A stretch of DNA of 64,000 nucleotides, taken from Nanobdellota archaeon. GTDB lineage: Archaea > Nanobdellota > Nanobdellia > Pacearchaeales > GW2011-AR1. The DNA lies in contig JAUSIT010000016.1 in NCBI GenBank assembly GCA_030647965.1, positions 8,429 to 72,428 on the forward strand, read 5' to 3'. Position numbers and translations under genes: made by a program. Below are positions 10,366 to 19,540 of this stretch, in pieces. Below the pieces are notes generated by a model, which saw only the letters and a program-made list of their open reading frames with translations, had not been told where the DNA came from and did no database searches. The first letter of the stretch is position 1, and every line of letters starts with the position of its first letter.

Positions 10366-10779
10366 ATGGAATATAAAAATCCCGGAGCAACTGTGGATTT
10401 GATTGTTGAAAAAGAAGGCAAAATACTTTTGATTAAAAGAAAAGATGAGCCATTTAAAGAAATGTATGCTCTTCCTGGCGGTTATTTAGAATGTGGAAAA
10501 GAAAATTTAAAACAAGCAGGGGCAAGAGAGTTATATGAAGAAACTAATTTAAGGACTAATTTAGAAAATTTATTTCTTGTAGGAGTTTATTCTGAACCAA
10601 ATAGAGATCCAAGAGGGCACGTAATATCTCATGCTTATTTTGTCAGAGATTACACTGGAGATGCTAAAGCAGGAGATGATGCAAAAGAGCTTGCATGGTT
10701 TGAATTAGATAAACTTCCAAAACTTGCATTTGACCATGATAAAATAATAAATGATTTTTTGAGGTTAAATGGGAGATAA
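10366..10779 (+). CDS. Nudix hydrolase (ADP-ribose pyrophosphatase-like)
   Basis: Nudix box 'GGYLECGKENLKQAGARELYEETNL'; paralogous to N-domain of 18155..18817. Confidence 0.7.
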   Translation: MEYKNPGATVDLIVEKEGKILLIKRKDEPFKEMYALPGGYLECGKENLKQAGARELYEETNLRTNLENLFLVGVYSEPNRDPRGHVISHAYFVRDYTGDAKAGDDAKELAWFELDKLPKLAFDHDKIINDFLRLNGR

Positions 10780-11221
10780 AATGAAATATATAGAATGCCC
10801 TGAAGTTTATAATAAAAAAGGAAATGAAAAATCTTTATTTATTGCTGGGGGCATAACTGAATGTGGAAACTGGCAGAATGATTTTATTGATTCACTAAAA
10901 AATGAAAATCTTATTGTATTAAATCCTAGAAGAAAAAATTTTGATATAAATGATGAAGAAATTTCTATTGCTCAAATAAAATGGGAATATGAACATTTGA
11001 AAAAAGCATCTGCAATTTCTTTTTGGTTTACATCTGAAACTCTTTGCCCAATAACATTATATGAATTAGGAAAAGTACAAGCTAGTAGAAAGCCTGTTTT
11101 TTTAGGAGTTCATCCAGCTTACAAAAGAAAATTTGATTTAGAAGTTCAGACAGGATTGATAAGACCTGAAACTAAAATTGTTTATTCACTAAATGATTTA
11201 TCTAAGCAGGTGATTGAATGA
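10769..11221 (+). CDS. nucleoside 2-deoxyribosyltransferase-like protein
   Basis: Weak resemblance ('YELGKVQASRKPVF'); placed in NAD/nucleotide cluster. Confidence 0.3.
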   Translation: MGDKMKYIECPEVYNKKGNEKSLFIAGGITECGNWQNDFIDSLKNENLIVLNPRRKNFDINDEEISIAQIKWEYEHLKKASAISFWFTSETLCPITLYELGKVQASRKPVFLGVHPAYKRKFDLEVQTGLIRPETKIVYSLNDLSKQVIE

Positions 11222-11771
11222 AGTGAAAATGACAAATAAAGAAAAATATGAAGCAACTTTGATTGGATGTGCAATTGGAGATGTTTTGGGAATGCCTATT
11301 GAAGGTTGGAAAAGAGAACAGATTAAAAAATATGTTGGAAAAGTTAGAGAGTTTATTGACCCTGTTCTTTTATATGATGAAAAAGGAGAATTGTTAAGAG
11401 AAGATGAATTTGGAAGATTAAAATATTACACAAAAAATCTTAAAAAAGGAGAGTATACTGACGATACAATTTTAACAATTGCAATTGCAGAATCAATTGC
11501 AGAAAAAAAATATCTTGATTTGGATGATAATGCAAAAAAGCAATTAGATGCATTTTTATCTGATAAGTCTCCTGATGGAAAATTCAAGAGCGGATTTGGA
11601 AAAACAACAAAAGATGGATTTTACAATTTATCAAAAGGAATTTCTCCTTTAGAATCAGGAGTTATTGGAGGACCTGGTGCTGCCCCTTCAATGAAAATTT
11701 CTCCTGTTGGATTATATATGAATGCTGTTAAAGATTATGAAAATGGATTGTTATGTCAGAAATGTGGTTAA
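11214..11771 (+). CDS. ADP-ribosylglycohydrolase family protein, N-terminal fragment (gene interrupted)
   Basis: 'LIGCAIGDVLGMPIEGW', 'YTDDTILTIAIAESI', 'GPGAAPSMKISPVGL' typical of the ARH/DraG family; ends at TAA 11769. Confidence 0.7.
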   Translation: MNEVKMTNKEKYEATLIGCAIGDVLGMPIEGWKREQIKKYVGKVREFIDPVLLYDEKGELLREDEFGRLKYYTKNLKKGEYTDDTILTIAIAESIAEKKYLDLDDNAKKQLDAFLSDKSPDGKFKSGFGKTTKDGFYNLSKGISPLESGVIGGPGAAPSMKISPVGLYMNAVKDYENGLLCQKCG

Positions 11772-11870
11772 AACCGCACCCTTTAGGGTGCTCATTTCTG
11801 AGCATCCTAAAAACAAGTGCCAATCAAACCCACACTTTTAAGTGTGGGTGGCACATTGTTTTTTTGATTT
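11762..11870 (+). other. in-frame, stop-rich, highly structured insert inside ADP-ribosylglycohydrolase gene (candidate intron / bypass element / small insertion)
   Basis: Two nested hairpin modules, each with TTTA loop: 11756-11801 (tcagaaatg...catttctga enclosing gcaccc-ttta-gggtgc) and 11814-11858 (gtgcc...ggcac enclosing acccacact-ttta-agtgtgggt); 5 in-frame stops. Confidence 0.6.
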
Positions 11871-12380
11871 TCAGAATTAATTGGAAAAATAACTCATTTA
11901 GATTCTCGTTCAATTGCAGGAGGAGTTGTTCAGGCACATTGCATTTATAGTCTGCTTCAAAATGTTTCTAAAGATGAATTTTTAGATTCTGCATCGTTTA
12001 TATGCGAGAGATTTGAAAAACCAATTTTAAAAGAATATACTCTTTCTGAAAAAGGAAATTTATTAAGCGGAATTGATTGGGTAAAAAATAATTCAGAAGT
12101 TAGTGATGAGGAAGCTTTTAAAGTTTTAAGGAATTCAAGCAATGTTTTTGAATGTCATCCATTTGCATTATTTATGTTTCAGAAATACTGGAATAATCCT
12201 ATTGAAGGCCTTATTGAAACAGTAAATTTCGGTGGGGATTGTGATACTACTGGTGCAATTTATGGTTCTCTTTGTGGTGCTAAAAATGGAATGATTTTTC
12301 CTGCTAAATGGATAGAACCTCTAAAAGACTTTGAAAAAATCAAAAAAATTGCTGATAGAATATTTGAACTTAAAGTTTAA
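11868..12380 (+). CDS. ADP-ribosylglycohydrolase family protein, C-terminal fragment (same frame as N-fragment)
   Basis: Translation from 11868: FSELIGKITHLDSRSIAGGVVQAHCIYSL...NFGGDCDTTGAIYGSLCGAKNG (conserved ARH C-terminal metal-site motif). Confidence 0.7.
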   Translation, partial: FSELIGKITHLDSRSIAGGVVQAHCIYSLLQNVSKDEFLDSASFICERFEKPILKEYTLSEKGNLLSGIDWVKNNSEVSDEEAFKVLRNSSNVFECHPFALFMFQKYWNNPIEGLIETVNFGGDCDTTGAIYGSLCGAKNGMIFPAKWIEPLKDFEKIKKIADRIFELKV

Positions 12381-12469
12381 TTTATTAATTTGTTATTTTC
12401 TCGTCGGTTTTTATAATTTCTATTTTTCCGCAATTTTCTTAAAATATTATTATCTAATTCTATACCATA

Positions 12470-12535
12470 ATGTTTAAATAGTGTATAACATACAATAACT
12501 ATGTGTATAAGTTACACTAAGGTAAGGTAATTTCT
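12470..12535 (+). promoter_or_regulatory. conserved TATA + palindromic block (second copy), upstream of NMNAT-like gene
   Basis: taatgtttaaatagtgtataacatacaataactatgtgtataagttacactaaggtaagg; outer palindrome tagtgtaac...gttacacta. Confidence 0.45.
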
Positions 12536-12570
12536 ACACAAATCAGATAAATTAGACAGAAAACAAAAAA

Positions 12571-13341
12571 ATGAAGCTTGGAAAAGTCGGATTAATAGGA
12601 AGGTTTAAGCCAGTACATAATGGAGCTGCACTTATGCTTGAAACAGTATGTGAAAAAGCAGAAAGTGTGATAATTGGAATAGGCAGCTCAAATAAGTACA
12701 ATGCACGAAATCCTTTTCTGCCTGAAGAATCAGAAGAAATGGTAAGATTAGTTCTTGAAAAATTTTCAAATCAAAAAAATCCTTTAGTTTATTCTGGGAA
12801 TTTTTTGGATGAAGGAAATTCGAGTGAATTTCCTGCCCTGAAAATTAAACAAATTTTCAGTGATCTGAAATTAAAACCAGTAAGCCTACAACCAAATTAT
12901 AAAGAATTGAATTTTAATTTCAGACATTATGAAATCTTGCATGTGCCTGATTTTTCACACATACTCCAATATAGCAACGGAGAAAAATGGAAGGAATATG
13001 TCTGTGGGCAATTTGGAGAGCTGGATAATTTTGTAACTTCAAATGATTTTGTAAAAGAATTACTAAAAGACAGATATAATATAATTCATCCTTCTGAATT
13101 AATTCCAAAAGAAAAGCAAATTTTACTGAAAGCAACAGAGGTAAGGCTTGAAATGGCCAGATTTGGAAATTGGAAAAAATTAGTTCCTGAAAAAATTTCT
13201 GAATATCTTGAAAAAAATAATCTTGTATCAAGATTTCAAAATGAATTTGGATTGCAAACTCTAGCTTTGCTGTCTGAAAATCTTAATTTAAATGAAACAG
13301 AAGATGCTGCAGAAGAAAAATTGCATGCACAGGAGTTATAA
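12571..13341 (+). CDS. nicotinamide-nucleotide adenylyltransferase-like protein (archaeal NadM family) with divergent HxGH motif and C-terminal extension
   Basis: 'LIGRFKPVHNGAAL' (HKGH->HNGA), 'IIGIGSSNKY..RNPF', 'VYSGNFL', 'YSNGEKWKEYV' match archaeal NMNAT. Confidence 0.55.
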   Translation: MKLGKVGLIGRFKPVHNGAALMLETVCEKAESVIIGIGSSNKYNARNPFLPEESEEMVRLVLEKFSNQKNPLVYSGNFLDEGNSSEFPALKIKQIFSDLKLKPVSLQPNYKELNFNFRHYEILHVPDFSHILQYSNGEKWKEYVCGQFGELDNFVTSNDFVKELLKDRYNIIHPSELIPKEKQILLKATEVRLEMARFGNWKKLVPEKISEYLEKNNLVSRFQNEFGLQTLALLSENLNLNETEDAAEEKLHAQEL

Positions 13342-14135
13342 TGGCAACAATAGGAAATTATAGAGTTTTAACTCAAATTGGAGAGGGCGGATTTGGAAGA
13401 GTTTTTCAGGCAGAACATTTAGTTCTTGGAGAAAAAGCATGTTTAAAACAAAATATAAACAGTTCTGTAGAAGATGTTGAATTATTAAAGCACGAAGTAA
13501 AACTACTTTGGAATTTAGATGAATATCATTCTATTCCTTCTGTAAAAGATTTTATCCAATTAGACAGGACAAATGCAGTGCTTGTTATGAAATATATAGA
13601 CGGAAAAACTTTGGAAGATATTGTTGAAAAAAAAGGTCCTCTATATCCTGAAGATGCATGTTGGATAACAGAAAGATTGCTTGGAGCATTATTTTATGCT
13701 CATTGTTATGGGACTATTCATTCTGATGTTAAACCTCAAAATGTATTTGTTGAACCAAGAAAACATGATATTAAATTAATTGATTTTGGATTGGCAAGTT
13801 ACAAGCCAGGCAGCCATACTAAACCTGCAGGTTATACCCCAAAATATGCTGCACCAGAACTAGTTAATGGAAATCCTCCAATTCCTCAAACAGATCTTTA
13901 TGGAGTTGGAATGGTAATGTTAAGAGCTTTAGGAGGGGATATTGCAAAAAAAAGTTTTAGAAGCGATACTCCTGAAGAAATCACTGAATTTTGCAATGAA
14001 TTATTGAGATATAATCCTCTTGAAAGGCCATCGTGGGAAAAAAATAATCCTTTAGAGAGATTAGCTAATGTTCGTGAGAAAGTTTTCGGAAGAAGACATT
14101 CCAGCGATGATAAACTGAAAGGAGGTGGAATGTAA
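13341..14135 (+). CDS. Hanks-type serine/threonine protein kinase
   Basis: Gly loop 'IGEGGFGRVF', catalytic loop 'HSDVKPQNVFV', 'DFGLA', 'APE'. Confidence 0.7.
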   Translation: MATIGNYRVLTQIGEGGFGRVFQAEHLVLGEKACLKQNINSSVEDVELLKHEVKLLWNLDEYHSIPSVKDFIQLDRTNAVLVMKYIDGKTLEDIVEKKGPLYPEDACWITERLLGALFYAHCYGTIHSDVKPQNVFVEPRKHDIKLIDFGLASYKPGSHTKPAGYTPKYAAPELVNGNPPIPQTDLYGVGMVMLRALGGDIAKKSFRSDTPEEITEFCNELLRYNPLERPSWEKNNPLERLANVREKVFGRRHSSDDKLKGGGM

Positions 14136-15099
14136 AATGTATGCATGGGGCGGCTCAACAGCAGATTGGGCAGGAAAAAGTAAATATGACTTTGGCTCTG
14201 CAAGAGCAAGATATGACAAAATTGCAGCAACTGCAGCATCAAGAACTTATACAAGAAGAAACGAGCCAGATATGGCTCTTGTTGATGCAAGAGGAAAAAC
14301 ACTTACAAGTGAAAGTGAAAATCCTTTAATAATTGCAGTAGATGTTACTGGTTCAATGGCAGAATGGCCTGCTGAAATTTTTGACAGGTTGCCTTTGTTA
14401 TATCAAACTCTTGGCAAATATAGGCCAGATTTAGATATAGTATTTGCAGCAATTGGGGATGCAACATGTGATTCATATCCTTTGCAAGTAAATGATTTTG
14501 CAAAAGACACAGGTGAGTTAGAAAAAAAACTAAAAGCACTTGGATGTGAGGGCGGCGGAGGCGGCCATATCACAGAGAGTTATGAATTATTTGGCTATTT
14601 TATGCAAGAGCATTGTAATACTCCAAAAGCAAAATCTCCATTTTTATTAATATATGGAGATGAAGCTTTTTATGACAAAGTAGACCCAAGGCAAGTTAAG
14701 CATTATATCGGAGATGATTTGCAGTCTCCATTAGATACCAAAGAAGTATGGCAAAATTTAATGCAGAAATACAATGTGTATTATATGCAAAAACCATATG
14801 GTGGTGGATATGATTCCAGCACTACTCAAAAAGTTAAAGAGCTTTGGGGAGATGCTTTGGGAAAAGAGAGAATTATACAGTTGCCAAGCATGGAGAGAGC
14901 AGTAGATGTTGCAATAGGATTAATTGCAAAGCAATGGGGGGAATTTAGCGATTTTAAGCTAAGCATGGACGCAAGACATGATGACCCTAGCCTTAAAGAT
15001 TCTGTATATAAATCTCTAAGACATATTGACGCAGATCCTGCACCAACTTCAGTAATGGCTAAAACAGGTTCAGTAAAAACCAAGTCATTATTGAGTTAA
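14125..15099 (+). CDS. von Willebrand factor type A (vWA) domain protein
   Basis: MIDAS-like 'IIAVDVTGSM'; start overlaps kinase stop. Confidence 0.6.
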   Translation: MECKMYAWGGSTADWAGKSKYDFGSARARYDKIAATAASRTYTRRNEPDMALVDARGKTLTSESENPLIIAVDVTGSMAEWPAEIFDRLPLLYQTLGKYRPDLDIVFAAIGDATCDSYPLQVNDFAKDTGELEKKLKALGCEGGGGGHITESYELFGYFMQEHCNTPKAKSPFLLIYGDEAFYDKVDPRQVKHYIGDDLQSPLDTKEVWQNLMQKYNVYYMQKPYGGGYDSSTTQKVKELWGDALGKERIIQLPSMERAVDVAIGLIAKQWGEFSDFKLSMDARHDDPSLKDSVYKSLRHIDADPAPTSVMAKTGSVKTKSLLS

Positions 15100-15203
15100 A
15101 TTTAAAGAAAAAATTTATTTTTTTATTTTTTTATTTTAATTAAGCAAGAAGAAATTAAACAAGACAGAGATATCAAAAAAATGAAACAAACAAAACAAGC
15201 AAA

Positions 15204-16112
15204 ATGAAGAAAACAATAAATGCAATTGTGACAATGCCACCATATGCACCATTTATAGACGAGGTTATAGAACATCCTCTTGTAAAAGGAATAAGGCTCA
15301 ATATAGTTATGCCTATAAAAAAAGATAAAAGAGAAGAATTATTGAAAGGCCTTTATGAAAAAACAAAAAACAAAAATAAGGAATTGTGGCTTGATTTAAA
15401 ATGCAGGCAGTTAAGAACTGAAAATTATGGAGTTCCTCCATTTACAGAAATTGAATTGAGCCATAAAATACAGGTTTATACTCCATGCAAAGCATATTTT
15501 TCAGATAGAAGCATAAGTGCAACTATTTTAGAAGTTGATGGAAATAAATTAATAATGCAAGAAGGTCCAAAAAGAGTTATTGGGCCAGGGGAGTCTGTAA
15601 CAATTCCTCATCCGACACTTCAGATTGAAGGCTATTTAACAGACAAAGATAAAGAGTATATTGAAACCGGAAATAAAATTGGGCTTAAGAATTATATGCT
15701 CTCTTTTGTTGAAAAAAAAGAAGATATCGAAGAATTAAAAAAATACTGCAAAGATGCAACTATAATTTCTAAGATAGAATCTCAAAAAGGTATTGATAAT
15801 CTCAAGGAAATTAATACTAGATTAATGGCTGCACGGGGAGATTTGTATATGGAGCTTAATTGGCCTCATGAAATAATTTTTGCAGTTGAAAAAATTCTTG
15901 CAAAAGATGAAAATGCAATGGTCGCTTCAAGAATTTTTTCCTCCCTAGAAGAAAGGCTAGAGCCATCATGTGAAGATTTAGGGGATGTAGATAATCTTTT
16001 GAGAATGGGATATAAAACTTTTATGTTCGGAGATGACATTTGCTTTAAAAAAGATTCTATAATTGGTGCATTGAATTTGCTTTCAATAATGGCAAGGAGG
16101 TATGTGGGATAA
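15204..16112 (+). CDS. pyruvate kinase-like TIM-barrel domain protein (truncated relative to PK)
   Basis: 'LWLDLKCRQLRT' (cf. LDTKGPEIR), 'ISKIESQKGIDNLKEI', 'LMAARGDLYMEL' (cf. MVARGDLG). Confidence 0.4.
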   Translation: MKKTINAIVTMPPYAPFIDEVIEHPLVKGIRLNIVMPIKKDKREELLKGLYEKTKNKNKELWLDLKCRQLRTENYGVPPFTEIELSHKIQVYTPCKAYFSDRSISATILEVDGNKLIMQEGPKRVIGPGESVTIPHPTLQIEGYLTDKDKEYIETGNKIGLKNYMLSFVEKKEDIEELKKYCKDATIISKIESQKGIDNLKEINTRLMAARGDLYMELNWPHEIIFAVEKILAKDENAMVASRIFSSLEERLEPSCEDLGDVDNLLRMGYKTFMFGDDICFKKDSIIGALNLLSIMARRYVG

Positions 16113-16184
16113 ATATTGCACTATGAAAAGTAATATTGCTACATAAAAATATTATCATTAAACTCTTTAAGTAATGCTACCAGT

Positions 16185-16375
16185 ACGGGAAAAAATTTTG
16201 CTCTTGTATCTTTATGTTATATATTATAAGAGCAAAATTTTTTGTTAGACAAGAAACAGGGTTAAGGCTTGTTCAACATTATTATCTCATCAGGTATTAA
16301 TTAATGGTGATTGTCGCTAGACAATCTTAGTATAATTGCTTGTTAAAGCAAACTATCTCAACGTAGTTGCATATC
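16185..16375. repeat. structured intergenic repeat family, copy B (with partial internal duplication)
   Basis: hairpin aaaattttgctctt-N22-aagagcaaaatttt; shared 3' block ttgtcgctagacaatcttagtataattgcttgttaaagcaaactatctcaacgtagttgcatat. Confidence 0.6.
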
Positions 16376-16437
16376 AAGTTTAGTAATTTACCTAACTCTC
16401 GCATAAAATTCATAAACACAAAAAACATTAGTATAAC

Positions 16438-17010
16438 ATGAAAAAAATAGCAATTTTTGGAGGAAGTTTTAATCCAATACATAACAGTCATGTAAATATA
16501 GTAAAAAATTTAATTGATTCTAAAATAGTTGATGAAGTCTGGATTTTACCATGCAGAAAACATGTTTTTAATAAAACTCTTGCAAAAGAAAAAGATAGAG
16601 TTAAAATGATTAAATTAGCCTTAGAAAATATAAAAAATGTTAAAATTTGCAATATTGAATTAAAATCAAAAGAAAAAAGTTATACTATAAAAACTCTTAG
16701 AAGAATAAAAAGGAAATTTGGGAAAAAATATAAATTTTTTATTATAATTGGTTCTGATATTATTTATGAAGTAAAAAAATGGTATAAATATCAAGAACTG
16801 TTTAATGAGGTTGAATTTATTGTATTTAAAAGAAAGGGATATTTAATTAAAAAAGTGAACGGCATGAAGATTTACCATATTATTAATAAAAAAGAAAGTG
16901 GGCTTTCTTCAACAGAAATTAGGAAAAGAGCAATGCAGGGCAAATCTTTTAAAGCGCTTGTTCCAGTAAAAGTTAGTAAATATATACTCGAGAAGAAGTT
17001 ATACCTATGA
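16438..17010 (+). CDS. nadD: nicotinate-nucleotide adenylyltransferase (bacterial NadD-type)
   Basis: 'IAIFGGSFNPIHNSHV' nucleotidyltransferase motif, about 190 aa. Confidence 0.65.
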   Translation: MKKIAIFGGSFNPIHNSHVNIVKNLIDSKIVDEVWILPCRKHVFNKTLAKEKDRVKMIKLALENIKNVKICNIELKSKEKSYTIKTLRRIKRKFGKKYKFFIIIGSDIIYEVKKWYKYQELFNEVEFIVFKRKGYLIKKVNGMKIYHIINKKESGLSSTEIRKRAMQGKSFKALVPVKVSKYILEKKLYL

Positions 17011-17879
17011 AAATACAAACATTTACAATTGTTGCAGGAACTGCAGCATGCAATGCAAAATGCCCATATTGTGTTTCAAAAATGACTCCTCATCAAGGAG
17101 TTGGATTTGAAAAGCCTGTTGTAAACTGGCTTAATTTTGACAAAGCATGCAGGCTTGCACAAATCAGCAATGTCAGCACTGTTTTAATTACTGGAAAGGG
17201 TGAGCCAACATTATACCCTGAACAAATTACAGAATTTCTTAAAAGATTAAAAAAATTTGATTTTCCTTTAATTGAAATTCAGACAAATGCTCTTTCTTTT
17301 GGCAAAGATTTCAAAAAATATGAAAAACATCTTAAACAATGGAGAGAATTGGGATTAAACACAATTGCAATTTCTTTTGTTAGTGATAAAAAAGAAGAAA
17401 ATAAAAAAATTTATACTCCTGATTCAGATTATATTGATTTAGAAGATACTATAAAAAAATTACATAATCTTGGATTTTCTATCAGATTAAGCTGCATCAT
17501 GCTAAAGGGAGTTATGGATAGTGTTGAAAAAGTAAAAAAATTAGCTGAAAATGCAAAAAAATGGAATGTTGAACAACTAACTGTTCGTTCTGTAAAAGCA
17601 TCTGATTATTCTGAAGATAGTGATGTTTACAAATATGCAAAAGAACACGAACTTAGTGATGGACAAATTTTAGATATAGGAAAATTTCTTGAGAAAAATG
17701 CAAAAAAATTAATGACACTAGACCACGGAGCAGTTGTATATGATTTAGACGGACAAAATATATGCATAACAGATTGTTTAACTATAAAATCAAATACAGA
17801 AGAATTAAGACAGTTAATATTTTTCCCAGATGGACATTTAAGATATGATTGGAGATATGCTGGCGCAGTGATTATATAA
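17007..17879 (+). CDS. radical SAM domain protein
   Basis: 'CNAKCPYC' CxxxCxxC near N-terminus, 'TGKGEPTL'; start overlaps nadD stop. Confidence 0.55.
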   Translation: MKIQTFTIVAGTAACNAKCPYCVSKMTPHQGVGFEKPVVNWLNFDKACRLAQISNVSTVLITGKGEPTLYPEQITEFLKRLKKFDFPLIEIQTNALSFGKDFKKYEKHLKQWRELGLNTIAISFVSDKKEENKKIYTPDSDYIDLEDTIKKLHNLGFSIRLSCIMLKGVMDSVEKVKKLAENAKKWNVEQLTVRSVKASDYSEDSDVYKYAKEHELSDGQILDIGKFLEKNAKKLMTLDHGAVVYDLDGQNICITDCLTIKSNTEELRQLIFFPDGHLRYDWRYAGAVII

Positions 17880-17934
17880 TACAAAACTATAAAATTTACA
17901 CTTGCAAATTATTGCACTTCGTTAAAATACTAGG

Positions 17935-18090
17935 TCGCTTAGTGGCTCCTATCTATTAATTAATAAATCGTGATTGAAAAAGTTTCGCCCTTATATTCTT
18001 AGGTTATTTATTGTAAGAGTAAAACTTTTTTGTTAGACAATTATATTATCCTTGTTCAGTGAACAAACTATTTCAACGCAGTTGCATATG
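17935..18090. repeat. structured intergenic repeat family, copy C
   Basis: taattaataaatcgtgattgaaaaag + hairpin + ttgttagacaattatattatccttgttcagtgaacaaactatttcaacgcagttgcatat. Confidence 0.6.
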
Positions 18091-18120
18091 AGGTCTTTAA
18101 ATTTATATCATAGATAGAAT

Positions 18121-18154
18121 AAATTTAAATAGCTTATTGTAATAATAACACTAT
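18121..18154 (+). promoter_or_regulatory. TATA (aaatttaaatag) plus element related to the 7361/12470 motif directly upstream of the NrtR-like gene
   Basis: cttattgtaataataacactat; reverse complement atagtgttattattacaataag resembles atagtgtaataaatacactaag at 7368. Confidence 0.35.
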
Positions 18155-18817
18155 ATGGAAAAAGAGTTTGAAAAGCCTTCTGTAACTGTTGACATAGTTA
18201 TTTTTACTGTATTTGAAAAAGAGTTAAAAGTTCTTCTTGTAAAAAGAAATATTGAGCCATTTAAGGGCATGTGGGCGATTCCTGGGGGGTTTGTAAGAAT
18301 GAATGAATCTTTGGAAGATGCTGCAAAAAGAGAGCTATCTGAAGAAACTGGTGTAAAAGATGTTTATCTTGAACAACTTTATACATTTGGAGATATAAAA
18401 AGAGATCCTCGAGGGAGAGTTATTACTGTTTCTTATTATGCTTTAGTAAAGCCAGAAGGAATAAAATTAAGTGCTTCAACAGATGTATCAGAAGCAAAAT
18501 GGTTTTCTATTTCTAAAATACCTAAACTTGCATTTGACCATAAAAAAATATTGGAATATGCTTTAAAGAGATTAAAATGGAAATTTGAATATAGTTTGAC
18601 TGCTTTTTCACTTTTACCTGAAAAATTTACATTAGGTCAGATTCAAAATATATATGAAATTGTTTTTGAGAAAAAATTTGACAAAAGAAACTTTGCCAAG
18701 AAATTAAAGTCCCTTAATATTTTAAAAACAGAAACAATTGAAAAAAATGTTTCATTTAGGCCCCCTCAAACATATTCATTGAAAAAAGATATAAAAGAAG
18801 TTATTGAGATTTTGTAG
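18155..18817 (+). CDS. NrtR-like Nudix-related transcriptional regulator (Nudix N-domain + C-terminal winged-helix-like domain)
   Basis: Nudix box '[24 protein letters not shown]'; C-terminal '[32 protein letters not shown]' as in NrtR family. Confidence 0.5.
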   Translation: MEKEFEKPSVTVDIVIFTVFEKELKVLLVKRNIEPFKGMWAIPGGFVRMNESLEDAAKRELSEETGVKDVYLEQLYTFGDIKRDPRGRVITVSYYALVKPEGIKLSASTDVSEAKWFSISKIPKLAFDHKKILEYALKRLKWKFEYSLTAFSLLPEKFTLGQIQNIYEIVFEKKFDKRNFAKKLKSLNILKTETIEKNVSFRPPQTYSLKKDIKEVIEIL

Positions 18818-18854
18818 GATTAGGGAAATAGATGGTGAGAGCTGATTAAATTGA

Positions 18855-19259
18855 CTAATTAATAACAAAAGTATTTTTTATTCTCTCAGACTTACCCCAG
18901 TATCTTAAGAAGAACGCTGCAAGAATTATCCCCATCAAATTACCTAATGGGTCTCCACTGATAAAAAAAGATATTGCTTGAAGAACAATTATCATAATCA
19001 AAAATGATTTATTGACTTTTTTTGCATTTTTCTTTTTAGCAAGAATGCTATAAACACAATAAGTTCCTAAGACGAATATTCCTCCAAAATAAACTAAATG
19101 ACCTGCAATTATTCCAACTTCTTCGGTCGTTGTTATGTTGGACTGGATAATCTTTTCTATCAACAAAAATAAAGAACCTAAAGATAATAGGATAATTAAT
19201 ATTAGATAGACAAGTAGCCATCCCTTAATTCCAGTAATCCTCTTTGCTTTTTCAGGCAT
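18855..19259 (-). CDS. small integral membrane protein
   Basis: 4 predicted hydrophobic helices. Confidence 0.4.
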   Translation of the reverse strand: MPEKAKRITGIKGWLLVYLILIILLSLGSLFLLIEKIIQSNITTTEEVGIIAGHLVYFGGIFVLGTYCVYSILAKKKNAKKVNKSFLIMIIVLQAISFFISGDPLGNLMGIILAAFFLRYWGKSERIKNTFVIN

Positions 19260-19375
19260 GAATATTTCAGTAGTTCTTTATTTTTAAATCCTGCGAAAAT
19301 GGAAAATACGGACACTTAATGCACTAGAAAAAGTTAAAAGACATATTTATAAATTATAATCTTCTTAAATATTAA

Positions 19376-19540
19376 TGGAAAAGAGTGTGTATGAAATTGC
19401 AGGGGAACCGGGTATTGTTTTTGTTTTAGCTTTTATAATATTCTCATTTGTTTTTAAATTGAAACCAATTACTACTTTAGTTTTAAGTGTAATCTTGGGA
19501 GGGGTTGTTTGGTTTGTTCGGCAACAAACAAAAAAATAAA
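19376..19540 (+). CDS. small membrane protein (54 aa)
   Basis: MEKSVYEIAGEPGIVFVLAFIIFSFVFKL...; not in ORF track (<60 aa), read from sequence. Confidence 0.3.

Noticed and set aside
11756-11876. 6-bp direct repeat tcagaa flanking the insert in the ADP-ribosylglycohydrolase gene, as a possible target-site duplication
   Set aside because: The two copies are in different codon phases, so precise excision between them would not restore the frame. A 6-mer match is also expected by chance in AT-rich DNA.
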